Source: Candidatus Iainarchaeum sp.
Lineage (GTDB): Archaea > Iainarchaeota > Iainarchaeia > Iainarchaeales > GCA-2688035
Reading direction: 5' to 3'
DNA length: 32,000 bases
Assembly: GCA_028713935.1 (NCBI GenBank)
Contig: JAQTNI010000008.1
Span: 3,846-35,845, forward strand
Each line of letters starts with the position of its first letter. Position 1 is the first letter of the stretch. The position numbers were made by a program, and so were the translations under genes. Below are positions 1-8,172 of the stretch, piece by piece. A model generated the notes under the pieces. The model ran no database searches. It was not told where the DNA came from and worked only from the letters and a program-made list of their open reading frames with translations.

Positions 1-553
1 AAATATCGCCTTTTTCAATTTTCCCGCATTCTTTTGCCGAAAAATTTCCAAAAGAATCCAAAACTATTACTGAATGATTAAGGCTTGTTTCTACTTTTCC
101 GCCATCAAATTTGATTTTTGCAATAGTTGAAATTTTGTGCCTTGAAATAAGTGAAACTGGCATAAAGCAAATTTTTCCATCAAGGTTTACAGAAAGTGTT
201 TCTAAACCAGTGGGAAGCGCATTTTTTTCTTGCTCATCTAAAAAATAATTTTGTGCAAGCTCCGAAAAATTTGTCCTGAAAATTTTTTCATTTCTCTTTA
301 CCAAGATCGGAGTTTCCGGAGTTACGCTTGCATTCAATTCCAAAAAATTCCTTTCAAAGTCTTTTCCAAAAAGCTCTTTTGCAAGCGCAACCGCTGCGCT
401 TGTTTTTCCAACTCCGGCTGGCCCTGAAAAAAGCAGGTTTGGCACATTTGCCTGTTTTACATAGCTTTCCAGCCTTCGGATTATTTCTTTCTGGCCAATC
501 ACATCAGCCAGTTTTGCAGGCCTGTATTTTTCAATCCATGGCAATTCCGGCAT
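1..553 (-). CDS. rfcS: Replication factor C small subunit, 5' part: N-extein followed by the start of an intein-like insertion. Open at the window start.
   Basis: My own minus-strand translation from the ATG at 553-551 gives [75 protein letters not shown], then [15 protein letters not shown]...[21 protein letters not shown]...KIEKGDI. It shows the clamp-loader N-terminus, Walker A GPAGVGKT and the ELNA(S) box. There is no stop before position 1, which explains its absence from the ORF track. Confidence 0.85.
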   Translation of the reverse strand, partial: MPELPWIEKYRPAKLADVIGQKEIIRRLESYVKQANVPNLLFSGPAGVGKTSAAVALAKELFGKDFERNFLELNASVTPETPILVKRNEKIFRTNFSELAQNYFLDEQEKNALPTGLETLSVNLDGKICFMPVSLISRHKISTIAKIKFDGGKVETSLNHSVIVLDSFGNFSAKECGKIEKGDI

Positions 554-676
554 AGCAAAAACCCTTTCAATACAAAAGTTTTCTTCAAAAACCAATAAAA
601 ACCGATGCAATAACAATTTTTTCCTGCCCCCAATTATTTTTAATTGATACGCTCCAATTGTTAATACGGTAAAAAT

Positions 677-1216
677 ATGGCAAACGAGCATCACCCCGAA
701 AAAGGCTTTGACCCATTGAAAATGATTCTTGGAATCATATTTTTCATTATTGCCTATGCAGTGCTTTTTTTTGTTGGCAGCGCAAATTCCCAGATTGGCA
801 CAGCAGTTGCAAATATTCCTGTCTTAAACCTTGTTTTGCCAATTCCGCCTGTCATTGACCCGCCTGGAAATCTCTTTCCCCAGGTTTCAATGATGCACCT
901 GTTATTGCCCGCAATTGGCTTTTTGATTATTTTTTTCGGCACAGATTGGATAGGCAGGTTCTTTGAAACAAAGCACAGCAAAACAATTGTTTTCCCAATA
1001 ATTTTCATTATTTTCTGCCTTGGAGCTTTTTTTGTTTCGCTTTACTGGATGGCAACAGAAACAGCAGTCCTGAATGGAGTCCCAATAAGCCAGATTGTGC
1101 CAGATTTCTGGTCTTATTTCTGGAGTGAACTCAGGGTATCCGCTTTTTATCTTTTCCTGCTTGGCGGCCTATTGGGCTGGATTTCAAAAATAGTGCTTGA
1201 AAAAATCAAGCTGTAA
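677..1216 (+). CDS. Hypothetical multi-pass membrane protein
   Basis: 179-aa ORF with an ATG start and several long hydrophobic segments ([52 protein letters not shown]). No recognisable catalytic motif. Confidence 0.6.
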   Translation: MANEHHPEKGFDPLKMILGIIFFIIAYAVLFFVGSANSQIGTAVANIPVLNLVLPIPPVIDPPGNLFPQVSMMHLLLPAIGFLIIFFGTDWIGRFFETKHSKTIVFPIIFIIFCLGAFFVSLYWMATETAVLNGVPISQIVPDFWSYFWSELRVSAFYLFLLGGLLGWISKIVLEKIKL

Positions 1217-1240
1217 ATTCTTTTTTTTGCCTGGTTTTAT

Positions 1241-2497
1241 ATGCCTGAAAAGTTTTTTCTGGAGGGGTACGGTTGTTCCCTGAACAGGGCTGAAACAGAG
1301 CAGGCAGCAGGCCATCTTGAAGCCTCTGGGCTGAAACAGGTTTCAAGGCCTGAAGAAGCCGCAATTATCCTTGTCAATACCTGCGCAGTGAAAGAGCAGA
1401 CAGAAACACGGATGATTTCCCGCATTAAAGCGCTTTTTGCAATTGCGGAAAAAACAAATGCAAGGCTAATTGTTTTCGGATGCCTTCCAAAAATAAATTC
1501 CGAAAAAATTTCTGAAATTTCAAAAAAAATAATCCAGGCAGGCCCTGACCTTAAAGAATTGTCAAAAAAACTCGGGATAAAGGAAATTTCTTTTTCTCCT
1601 GAAGCCCCGCAGAAAAAATCAAGCAAATTCGTTTCAATTATCCCAATTGCGCGCGGCTGCCTTGGAAACTGCAGTTTTTGCGCCACAAAAAACGCGCGCG
1701 GAAAACTGGAAAGCCATTCCATTGAACAGATAAGGAAAAAATTTTTTGCCGAAACAAAAAAGCCCTGTGAGGTCTGGCTTACTGCCCAGGACTGCGGCTG
1801 TTACGGCTTTGACATTGGCACAAGCCTTCCCTGCCTATTGAAGAAATTGCTGGAAAGCAAAAATGATTTCCGCATAAGGATCGGGATGATGAATCCCCAG
1901 AATGCCCTGCGCATTGCAGACAAGCTTTTGCCGCTTTTCAGGGACAAGCGCCTCTACAGGTTTTTTCACATCCCTTTGCAATCCGGCTCCGATAAAATCC
2001 TGAAAAAAATGAACCGGCCTTATTCAAAAAAACAATTTTTTTTGCTGATAAAAAAAATCAGGAAAACAATTCCAGATGCCATGATTTCCACTGACATTAT
2101 TGCCGGCTTTCCGGGAGAAACTGAAAAAAATTTTGCAGAAACAGTGAAAGCAGTGAAATTGCTCAAGGCGGACATAGTCAATGTTTCGCGTTTCGGTTCA
2201 AGGCCAGGCACTGCTGCGGAGAAAATGCCCTTGCAGCTTCACGGAAGGCACAAAAAAAATCGCAGCAGGATTCTTTCCGAATTGCAGAAAAAAATTTCAC
2301 TGCAAAAAAATCTTTCCCTTTTGGGGACTGTCCAGGAAATTTTTGTTTCTGAAAAAGGGAAAAAAGGAAATTTTGTGGGAAGGCCTGTTTCTTACAGGCC
2401 TGTTGTGATTGAAAAAAATTTTCTTGGCAAAACCCTGAAAATAAGGGTTTCAAATGTGTTTCCGCATTTTGTTTTTGGAAAAATCACAAAAGATTAG
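1241..2497 (+). CDS. Radical SAM methylthiotransferase, MiaB/MtaB (CDKAL1-like) family
   Basis: N-terminal UPF0004-type segment (GCSLNRAETE, VNTCAVK), radical SAM cluster motif CLGNCSFCATK (CxxxCxxC) and a C-terminal TRAM-like tail (GKTLKIRVSNV). Confidence 0.85.
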   Translation: MPEKFFLEGYGCSLNRAETEQAAGHLEASGLKQVSRPEEAAIILVNTCAVKEQTETRMISRIKALFAIAEKTNARLIVFGCLPKINSEKISEISKKIIQAGPDLKELSKKLGIKEISFSPEAPQKKSSKFVSIIPIARGCLGNCSFCATKNARGKLESHSIEQIRKKFFAETKKPCEVWLTAQDCGCYGFDIGTSLPCLLKKLLESKNDFRIRIGMMNPQNALRIADKLLPLFRDKRLYRFFHIPLQSGSDKILKKMNRPYSKKQFFLLIKKIRKTIPDAMISTDIIAGFPGETEKNFAETVKAVKLLKADIVNVSRFGSRPGTAAEKMPLQLHGRHKKNRSRILSELQKKISLQKNLSLLGTVQEIFVSEKGKKGNFVGRPVSYRPVVIEKNFLGKTLKIRVSNVFPHFVFGKITKD

Positions 2498-2548
2498 TTA
2501 TTTATAGTTTTTCCCAATAAGAATATACACAATTAAAAGGGGTTTTTC

Positions 2549-3307
2549 ATGCTTTTAGCTCATGCGTTTTCAGAATATCTTGCCAATTTCAAGACAGCGC
2601 TTGTTTTTGTGCTTTTGCTGGTTTTTGCGCCAGTAGCCTTTCTTCTTGGAAATTTTTTTATCGGCTCGGGAACAATTTTCCTTGATTACAGTCTTTCCTA
2701 TGCAAACCCCTCGCAATTGCTGCTTGCCCTTGCATTTGCAGTTGTTTATGTGCTTTTGTACTCTTTTTTTGTCTCAATAATAATTTTTTCAGTCAGGAAA
2801 GACCTCAGCACGCTGCATTTCAATTATTACCTTTCAGAAATGATAAGAAAATTCACTTTCAAAATTTTCTGGTTTAACCTGGGCTTTTTCCTGATTTTGT
2901 TTTTTTTGGGTTCCGCCTTGTTCTACCTTCATGTTCCTGCGCTTGCAATTGCAATAATTCTTTTCCTTGCCTCAATTTCAGTGCTTTTTGTTCCGCAGGC
3001 AATAGTGGTTGACGAAGAAAGCATTCCAAATGCATTGTACAATAATTTTGATTTTTTCAGGGCAAATTTTTCCTCTTTTGTCTATGTCCTTGTAACCGCA
3101 ATAATTCTCCTCCTGATTGCACAATTAATAGAATTTGCAGTTGGCCTGCTTGTGCCAATAGGGGCCTACGTTTCCATTGTAATCTCGCTTATTTTCATAG
3201 TTCCTTACCTAGAAATAATGAAAACCTATCTGTACATGCTCAGATATGACCTGATAAAAAACCCTGATTTGCTGCACAGAAAATCAAGGAAGAAAAAATT
3301 GCACTAA
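2549..3307 (+). CDS. Hypothetical multi-pass membrane protein
   Basis: 252-aa ORF that is almost entirely hydrophobic helices, with a basic C-terminus (HRKSRKKKLH). Confidence 0.6.
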   Translation: MLLAHAFSEYLANFKTALVFVLLLVFAPVAFLLGNFFIGSGTIFLDYSLSYANPSQLLLALAFAVVYVLLYSFFVSIIIFSVRKDLSTLHFNYYLSEMIRKFTFKIFWFNLGFFLILFFLGSALFYLHVPALAIAIILFLASISVLFVPQAIVVDEESIPNALYNNFDFFRANFSSFVYVLVTAIILLLIAQLIEFAVGLLVPIGAYVSIVISLIFIVPYLEIMKTYLYMLRYDLIKNPDLLHRKSRKKKLH

Positions 3308-3319
3308 ACAGGCTTTAAC

Positions 3320-4096
3320 TTATTCCGCGCCGGCTTTTCTTGAATACAGGCGCCAAAGGGCCTGGTGAACATAAATTTGCCTTGCAAGCTCATCCAAAAA
3401 ATGCTGCGGAGCTTTAGTGAATCTTTGGGTTACGCCATGGTAAAACCGTGCCATTTCAATTTCCTGTTCTTCCTGCATTACCTTTGCCTCTGCAACAGTT
3501 TTTTCCGCTTTTGCAAGAAATTTTAATTTTGCCTCAACTGAAGTTTGGGTTTCAGAAAAAAGCCTTTGTGCAAACTCGTCAAAATCTTTTTCTTTTTTAA
3601 CTGCTTCCGCCCTGCGCTTTTCAAGTTCAACTTTTAGTTTTGCATAGTGCTGGTTTTTTTCGACTCTTTTTATTAATTTTGCGCTTTCCTTGGCCCAAAT
3701 TGTTTTGTACTTTGCATGGGATTCAATAGTTCTTTGCAAATAGTCATTTATCCTAGTCATTTCTCTTGCAGCCAAGCCAATGCGTTCAATGATGTGCCCA
3801 GGCAATTTTAAAAATTCAGGGTATTTCCTGAAAAGCTCAATGTACTGCTTGCAGAATTCATGCTCCTGCTCCAGAGCCCGTATTGCATAACGCATCATTT
3901 CCTGGCTGTGGGTTAATTGGCCCAATGCTGAAACCCATTGCTTTGTTTCCCTGTGCTCATGAAATTGTCTTATGCGGTAAAATCTGAGATAGGCTGATAT
4001 TGCCTCTTTATAATGAACGCGCAGCCTTCCTGCAATCCCAATCCTGATTCTCCTTCTGCGTCCTTTTCCGTCGCCAGAAGCTCTTTCGCGGGGCAT
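3320..4096 (-). CDS. Hypothetical coiled-coil protein with an Arg-rich N-terminus
   Basis: The track ORF runs to 4384 and overlaps the opposing lipoprotein gene. The in-frame ATG at 4096 gives MPRERASGDGKGRRRRIRIGIAGRLRVHY... and has an AT-rich TATA-like element (AATATTTAATA) about 20-30 nt upstream on the minus strand. The C-terminal half is rich in heptad-like E/K repeats. Confidence 0.5.
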   Translation of the reverse strand: MPRERASGDGKGRRRRIRIGIAGRLRVHYKEAISAYLRFYRIRQFHEHRETKQWVSALGQLTHSQEMMRYAIRALEQEHEFCKQYIELFRKYPEFLKLPGHIIERIGLAAREMTRINDYLQRTIESHAKYKTIWAKESAKLIKRVEKNQHYAKLKVELEKRRAEAVKKEKDFDEFAQRLFSETQTSVEAKLKFLAKAEKTVAEAKVMQEEQEIEMARFYHGVTQRFTKAPQHFLDELARQIYVHQALWRLYSRKAGAE

Positions 4097-4170
4097 ATAA
4101 AAATTATCAGTGAATAGTATTAAATATTTGTAAGGCATAATCCATAAGGAATTATTTGAGGGGGGAATTA

Positions 4171-4707
4171 ATGAAAAAGCTTTTTCCAATAATTTTTTTG
4201 TCAATTGTTTTACTTGTTCTTCTGGCAGGCTGTGTTTCAAACAACCAGGCAGGCGGGCTGCCGGGCATTGGAGATTCTCTTGAATCGCAATTGTATTCCC
4301 AAAAATGTTCTCCTTCAAATTCAAGCGAAAAAATAGACCGCCTGGGTTATTTGGAGCAAAAAGACGATGTTGACAATGAAACATTCGGCTTTGTTGTCTG
4401 CAAAAGGCAGAATCTTAATACAGGCGAATGGGATGTAATAATCCAGTCCAATATTGCAGTCGGAGCAGGCCTGACAAACGCGCAGGCAACTGAAAAAACA
4501 AGTGAGGCGCAATCACAAGGCCAGGATTACCTCAAATTCGGGCTTCCATTCAATCCTCTCGGCCAAAATGATCTGAGAAACATTGAATACAGGCTTTACC
4601 AGCAGAATGGATTGCCAGCAAAAATAGAGCTTTTTGTAGTGCTGAGAAATTCCGACAGGACAGCAAAACAGCCAAAAATCCTTTCAGTCAACTGGCCCTC
4701 CCAATAG
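4171..4707 (+). CDS. Putative lipoprotein
   Basis: The ATG at 4171 is preceded by the purine-rich GAGGGGGGA. The signal peptide is MKKLFPIIFLSIVLLVLLAGC, with lipobox LAGC. The track start at 4156 is an upstream TTG. Confidence 0.6.
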   Translation: MKKLFPIIFLSIVLLVLLAGCVSNNQAGGLPGIGDSLESQLYSQKCSPSNSSEKIDRLGYLEQKDDVDNETFGFVVCKRQNLNTGEWDVIIQSNIAVGAGLTNAQATEKTSEAQSQGQDYLKFGLPFNPLGQNDLRNIEYRLYQQNGLPAKIELFVVLRNSDRTAKQPKILSVNWPSQ

Positions 4708-4734
4708 GAAAAAAGCAGAAAATAAAAGCCCAAT

Positions 4735-6345
4735 TTAGGGCTTGAAGCCTATCCAGGAAACATTTTCATCCATCAGCCTGTTGAAGCCGCTTTTGTTTTT
4801 TGCAAAAGCCCTGAAAAAAATGCTTTTCTGCAATCCAAGCTTCAAAAGCATTTTCTGCTCATCGCTTTTTGTTTCAAGCTTAAGCTTCCTGTTCTGCGCT
4901 TCAAACCTTTTTATTGCGGTTGGATTTTCAAGTTCCGCAATAATCCATTCTTCCCCAAGTGCTTTCCTGGTTTTTTCAATTGTTTTGCAGCACAAATCAA
5001 TATTTTTCTTTCTGGAAGAGGATTGCAAGGAATGCCTGCATGCCTGCAGCAATGAATGCAGACCAAGCACTGGCTGCATTTTTTCAATTTCAATCCCCGC
5101 ATTTTTTAAATAGGCTCTTTTTGCAAGTTCGCTTTTTTTAAGTTCAGCCAATTGCTTTGCTTTTTCAGCCAAAAAAACTGTTTTTTCCAAAAATTCTTCA
5201 GGAGAATTCGGCACAGCCTGTTTCAGCAGGTTCAATGCAATAAAAGAAAGAATCCCGTTTTTTGCGGGAATCCCATTAAAAGCCTGGAAATAATTTTTTT
5301 TGCAGTTCAGGAAACCTGCTTTTTTGCAGAGCTTTTTGTTTACAAGGCCAATCTTGTATTTTGTGTCAACCAAAAAAACAGGCTTCATGCCAGAATTGCC
5401 CGCAACTGTTTTTTCAAGAAATTTGTTTGCAAGCACAACAAGCGTTTCATTGTCAAGCTCAAATTCAGTGTTTTCAGGCACAAAAAGATTCAGCCCAATA
5501 TTCCCCAAAGGCTTTTTTGTTGAAGCGCATGCAAGAGCCCCTGCGAAAAAGTCTGCAGCCTCTTCCGCCTGGCTTTTTTCAATAAGAGAGGCAATTGCAA
5601 TGTTTGCTTCCGCAATATTAATCCCCCAGGAAAAAAATTTTTGCAGCTTGTTTTTCTGCTTTACGCATTCAAAAATTGTTTTTTTCATGCCAGCGCGCTT
5701 TTCGGCTTTTACTGTAAAAGCAGAGGGCTTTGTGCTGAAATCCCCTATGTTTGCAATGAAAATGTCAGAAGAAAAATGCAAATCGCTTAATTCTTTTGGA
5801 ATTACTTTCAAAAGATTGTATTCAGTGAGAATAGCCCTGTTTGAATAGGGCTGCCTTGAAATTTTTTGTTCAACTTCAAAAACAGGCAATCCAACTCTTG
5901 CATACTCATTTCTTATTGTTTCATGGCCGTATTCAAGCAGCTTTACATTTACAAGCTCCCTTATGAGCGCAGTTGTAAGATAGGAAATTTGCAGGCCATT
6001 GATTTTTTCCTCGACTTCCTTCCCGATTTTTTCCGAGACCCCTCTTGTGATTTTTGTTTCTTTCAGGAGGGATTTTATGATATTGCCCCTGTCAAAGGCA
6101 GTTATTTCCAGATTAGAGTTTCTCACTGTCATTCTCTGGAAAGAAGCAAAAATATTCGCGGCTTTAGGGTCAAGTTCCCTCAGCACTTCCAATGCCCTGA
6201 GGCGCATTTTTTCAGGCTCTTTTGTTTCCATTGAATTTAATTCTTTTATGATTCTCACAATGCACCATTTGCTAGCATTTGCTTCCTCGCATTCCTTTGC
6301 AATTTTTTCAATTGCCTCTTCAATCGGTTCCTGTTCCTGAGCCAT
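4735..6345 (-). CDS. ATP-cone domain protein with a class III ribonucleotide reductase (NrdD)-like body
   Basis: ATP-cone-like segment ITAFDRGNIIKSLLKETKITRGVSEKIGKEVEEKINGLQISYLTTALIRELVNVKLLEYG. NrdD-like stretches HFSSDIFIANIGDF and GILSFIALNLLKQA. Only 536 aa, and I saw no RVCGY-type glycyl radical motif. Confidence 0.6.
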   Translation of the reverse strand: MAQEQEPIEEAIEKIAKECEEANASKWCIVRIIKELNSMETKEPEKMRLRALEVLRELDPKAANIFASFQRMTVRNSNLEITAFDRGNIIKSLLKETKITRGVSEKIGKEVEEKINGLQISYLTTALIRELVNVKLLEYGHETIRNEYARVGLPVFEVEQKISRQPYSNRAILTEYNLLKVIPKELSDLHFSSDIFIANIGDFSTKPSAFTVKAEKRAGMKKTIFECVKQKNKLQKFFSWGINIAEANIAIASLIEKSQAEEAADFFAGALACASTKKPLGNIGLNLFVPENTEFELDNETLVVLANKFLEKTVAGNSGMKPVFLVDTKYKIGLVNKKLCKKAGFLNCKKNYFQAFNGIPAKNGILSFIALNLLKQAVPNSPEEFLEKTVFLAEKAKQLAELKKSELAKRAYLKNAGIEIEKMQPVLGLHSLLQACRHSLQSSSRKKNIDLCCKTIEKTRKALGEEWIIAELENPTAIKRFEAQNRKLKLETKSDEQKMLLKLGLQKSIFFRAFAKNKSGFNRLMDENVSWIGFKP

Positions 6346-6451
6346 TTAACAAGAATTGTTCAGAAACCAATAAAACAAAAGAGGGTTCTTTGAAAAGCAA
6401 ACTTTTTAATATGTTTTTCTTAAGAATAATTACTGCGGGTTTGGGGCTATT

Positions 6452-6925
6452 ATGAGGGTTTCTCTTGACAAGATTGATTTGGTTGTAATCCAGAAGCTTA
6501 TTGAAGACGGAAGGGCAAGCTTTTCCAGCATTGCAAAGGAAGCAAAGCTGACCGATGTTGCGATTAAAAAGCGCGTTGAAAGCCTAAAGCGAAAAGGAGT
6601 TATTTCTTCCATAACAGCAAACCTGAGTTACAAAACCTTGGGATTTGAAAACCCTATTTTTATCCAGATAAGAAGCGAGGTTGCAAAAAACAAGGACCTG
6701 ATAAAAAAATTGTCTGCGCTTGATTATGTCTGCGAGCTTTACCAGGTGCTTGGGGAATACAATTTGCTTGCAAAAATAATTGTGCAGGATCTTGATGCTG
6801 CTGAAAAAACAATCAGCAGGCTTGGCACTATTGATGGCATACTTGACCTGAAAACTCTTGTTGTGCTGACAGAAATAAAGCGCTCCGGCGCCCTTCCTTC
6901 AGAAGCACTGCAAAAAAAGCTTTAA
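6452..6925 (+). CDS. Lrp/AsnC family transcriptional regulator
   Basis: N-terminal HTH LDKIDLVVIQKLIEDGRASFSSIAKEAKLTDVAIKKRVESLKRKGVI, followed by a RAM/AsnC-C-like domain (IFIQIRS...VCELYQVLGEYNLLAKIIV). Confidence 0.85.
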   Translation: MRVSLDKIDLVVIQKLIEDGRASFSSIAKEAKLTDVAIKKRVESLKRKGVISSITANLSYKTLGFENPIFIQIRSEVAKNKDLIKKLSALDYVCELYQVLGEYNLLAKIIVQDLDAAEKTISRLGTIDGILDLKTLVVLTEIKRSGALPSEALQKKL

Positions 6926-6973
6926 GCCTGCAAAATTTAAATTGTTACGCCTGTTTTTATAGTGTGGTAAAAA

Positions 6974-7561
6974 TTGCCTGAAACAGCAAAGCCAATTGTG
7001 ATTACAAGGATTGAAGTATTAGTTCACCCGTTTTACACTGGGATTAGTGGCATGGTGCTAAGACGATATAAAATGCAGGGGCAGGCTAATGCAAAAAAGC
7101 TCGCACATTACTGGGGAGAGCAAATCCAGAGTGCTGCCAAAGACCCTTCTGCAGTTCTTATTGTGGTTCCTTCCCCAAAAGCCAATTGGATCCCAACGAA
7201 ACAGCAAAGACGGTATTATGAAGAGAGGCAAAAAAAATTGTTGCTTTTTGCAAAAAAAGCACTTGGGCAAAGGTTTTTTTGCTTTCGCAATTTTTTACAA
7301 TTCCAGAATTTTAATGAGCAATTTAATGCAAGAGGTTTTACCTTAGACAAAAGCACTTTGCACGGAAAGGTTTTTGGAGAATATTTGCCCATGTGTGTTT
7401 CTGCGGCACAGATTAAATTATGCGAAATCTTGGGCATTAATTCCAACAATTTACAAAGAGAAATGCGGCTAAGTGTTGGAGACGCTTTTGAGTATGTTGG
7501 GGGAAAAAGAAGAAGGGCAAATCCAAGGAAAGCGATAAGAAGGCAAGTTAGAGGAAAATGA
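6974..7561 (+). CDS. Uncharacterised protein, paralog 1 of a tandem pair, with a basic C-terminal tail
   Basis: The TTG start is supported by residue-for-residue alignment with the next gene (MPETAKPIVITRIEVLVHPFY versus MSGIKQPIMISRIEVLVHPFF). Shared blocks are DPSAxLxVxP, KKLLxFAKKxLGxRxF and GxxFGEYLxxCVxxAQ. The tail is GGKRRRANPRKAIRRQVRGK. Confidence 0.6.
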   Translation: MPETAKPIVITRIEVLVHPFYTGISGMVLRRYKMQGQANAKKLAHYWGEQIQSAAKDPSAVLIVVPSPKANWIPTKQQRRYYEERQKKLLLFAKKALGQRFFCFRNFLQFQNFNEQFNARGFTLDKSTLHGKVFGEYLPMCVSAAQIKLCEILGINSNNLQREMRLSVGDAFEYVGGKRRRANPRKAIRRQVRGK

Positions 7562-7566
7562 TTTTT

Positions 7567-8172
7567 ATGTCTGGAATAAAACAGCCAATTATGATTTCGC
7601 GTATAGAAGTTTTGGTGCACCCGTTTTTCACGCTAATTTGTAATAGAGACAGTTTTATTGGGGATAATAAAAAGCAGGTGAAAAAAAAAATTGAGGCTCT
7701 TGCGAAGCAATGGGGAAGGGAGATACAATTAGTTGCCTCAGATCCTTCAGCAATTTTGGTTGTAATGCCTACTTACAAGCAGGTGCCTGTTTCAAATAGC
7801 CCTAATAGCAAGCTGAGCAAATGGAGCGCCTTGCAATTGAAAAAATTATTGGTTTTTGCAAAAAAAACTCTTGGAAACAGGCTTTTTGCTTTCAGCACTT
7901 TTGGGCAACTCCAATCTTTGGAAAATGCCGCTAGAAAAAAAGGTTTTGTTTTTGACAAAAAAGCTTTGCGCGGAAGGGCTTTTGGCGAATACCTGGATCT
8001 TTGTGTCCAGACAGCGCAGGAAGTATTATGCAAAGGCCTGGGAATTGGCGTGGAAAGAATTCCGGTTTCCCGAAGGTTAGGTGTTGAAGGCGTGCACGAT
8101 TATTTTGAATTCAAAACAAAACCCCCTGCCAAAAAGAAAAGAGCATCAAGCTCAAGAAGGCGCCCTGTATGA
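7567..8172 (+). CDS. Uncharacterised protein, paralog 2 of the tandem pair, with a basic C-terminal tail
   Basis: About 40% identity to the preceding ORF by eye. I prefer the ATG at 7567 because it aligns with the paralog; the alternative ATG at 7558 overlaps the upstream stop. The tail is KPPAKKKRASSSRRRPV. The stop overlaps the topA start (ATGA). Confidence 0.6.
   Translation: MSGIKQPIMISRIEVLVHPFFTLICNRDSFIGDNKKQVKKKIEALAKQWGREIQLVASDPSAILVVMPTYKQVPVSNSPNSKLSKWSALQLKKLLVFAKKTLGNRLFAFSTFGQLQSLENAARKKGFVFDKKALRGRAFGEYLDLCVQTAQEVLCKGLGIGVERIPVSRRLGVEGVHDYFEFKTKPPAKKKRASSSRRRPV

Noticed and set aside
328-555. 75-aa plus-strand ORF from the track
   Set aside because: It lies exactly antisense to the well-supported RFC small-subunit N-terminus (Walker A and ELNAS box on the minus strand). 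It has no recognisable features of its own.
4097-4384. N-terminal 96-residue extension of the 3320-4384 ORF
   Set aside because: It overlaps the opposing lipoprotein gene, which has a good signal peptide and lipobox. The internal ATG at 4096 has a TATA-like element at a suitable distance, and the extension has no coiled-coil or basic character like the rest of the protein.
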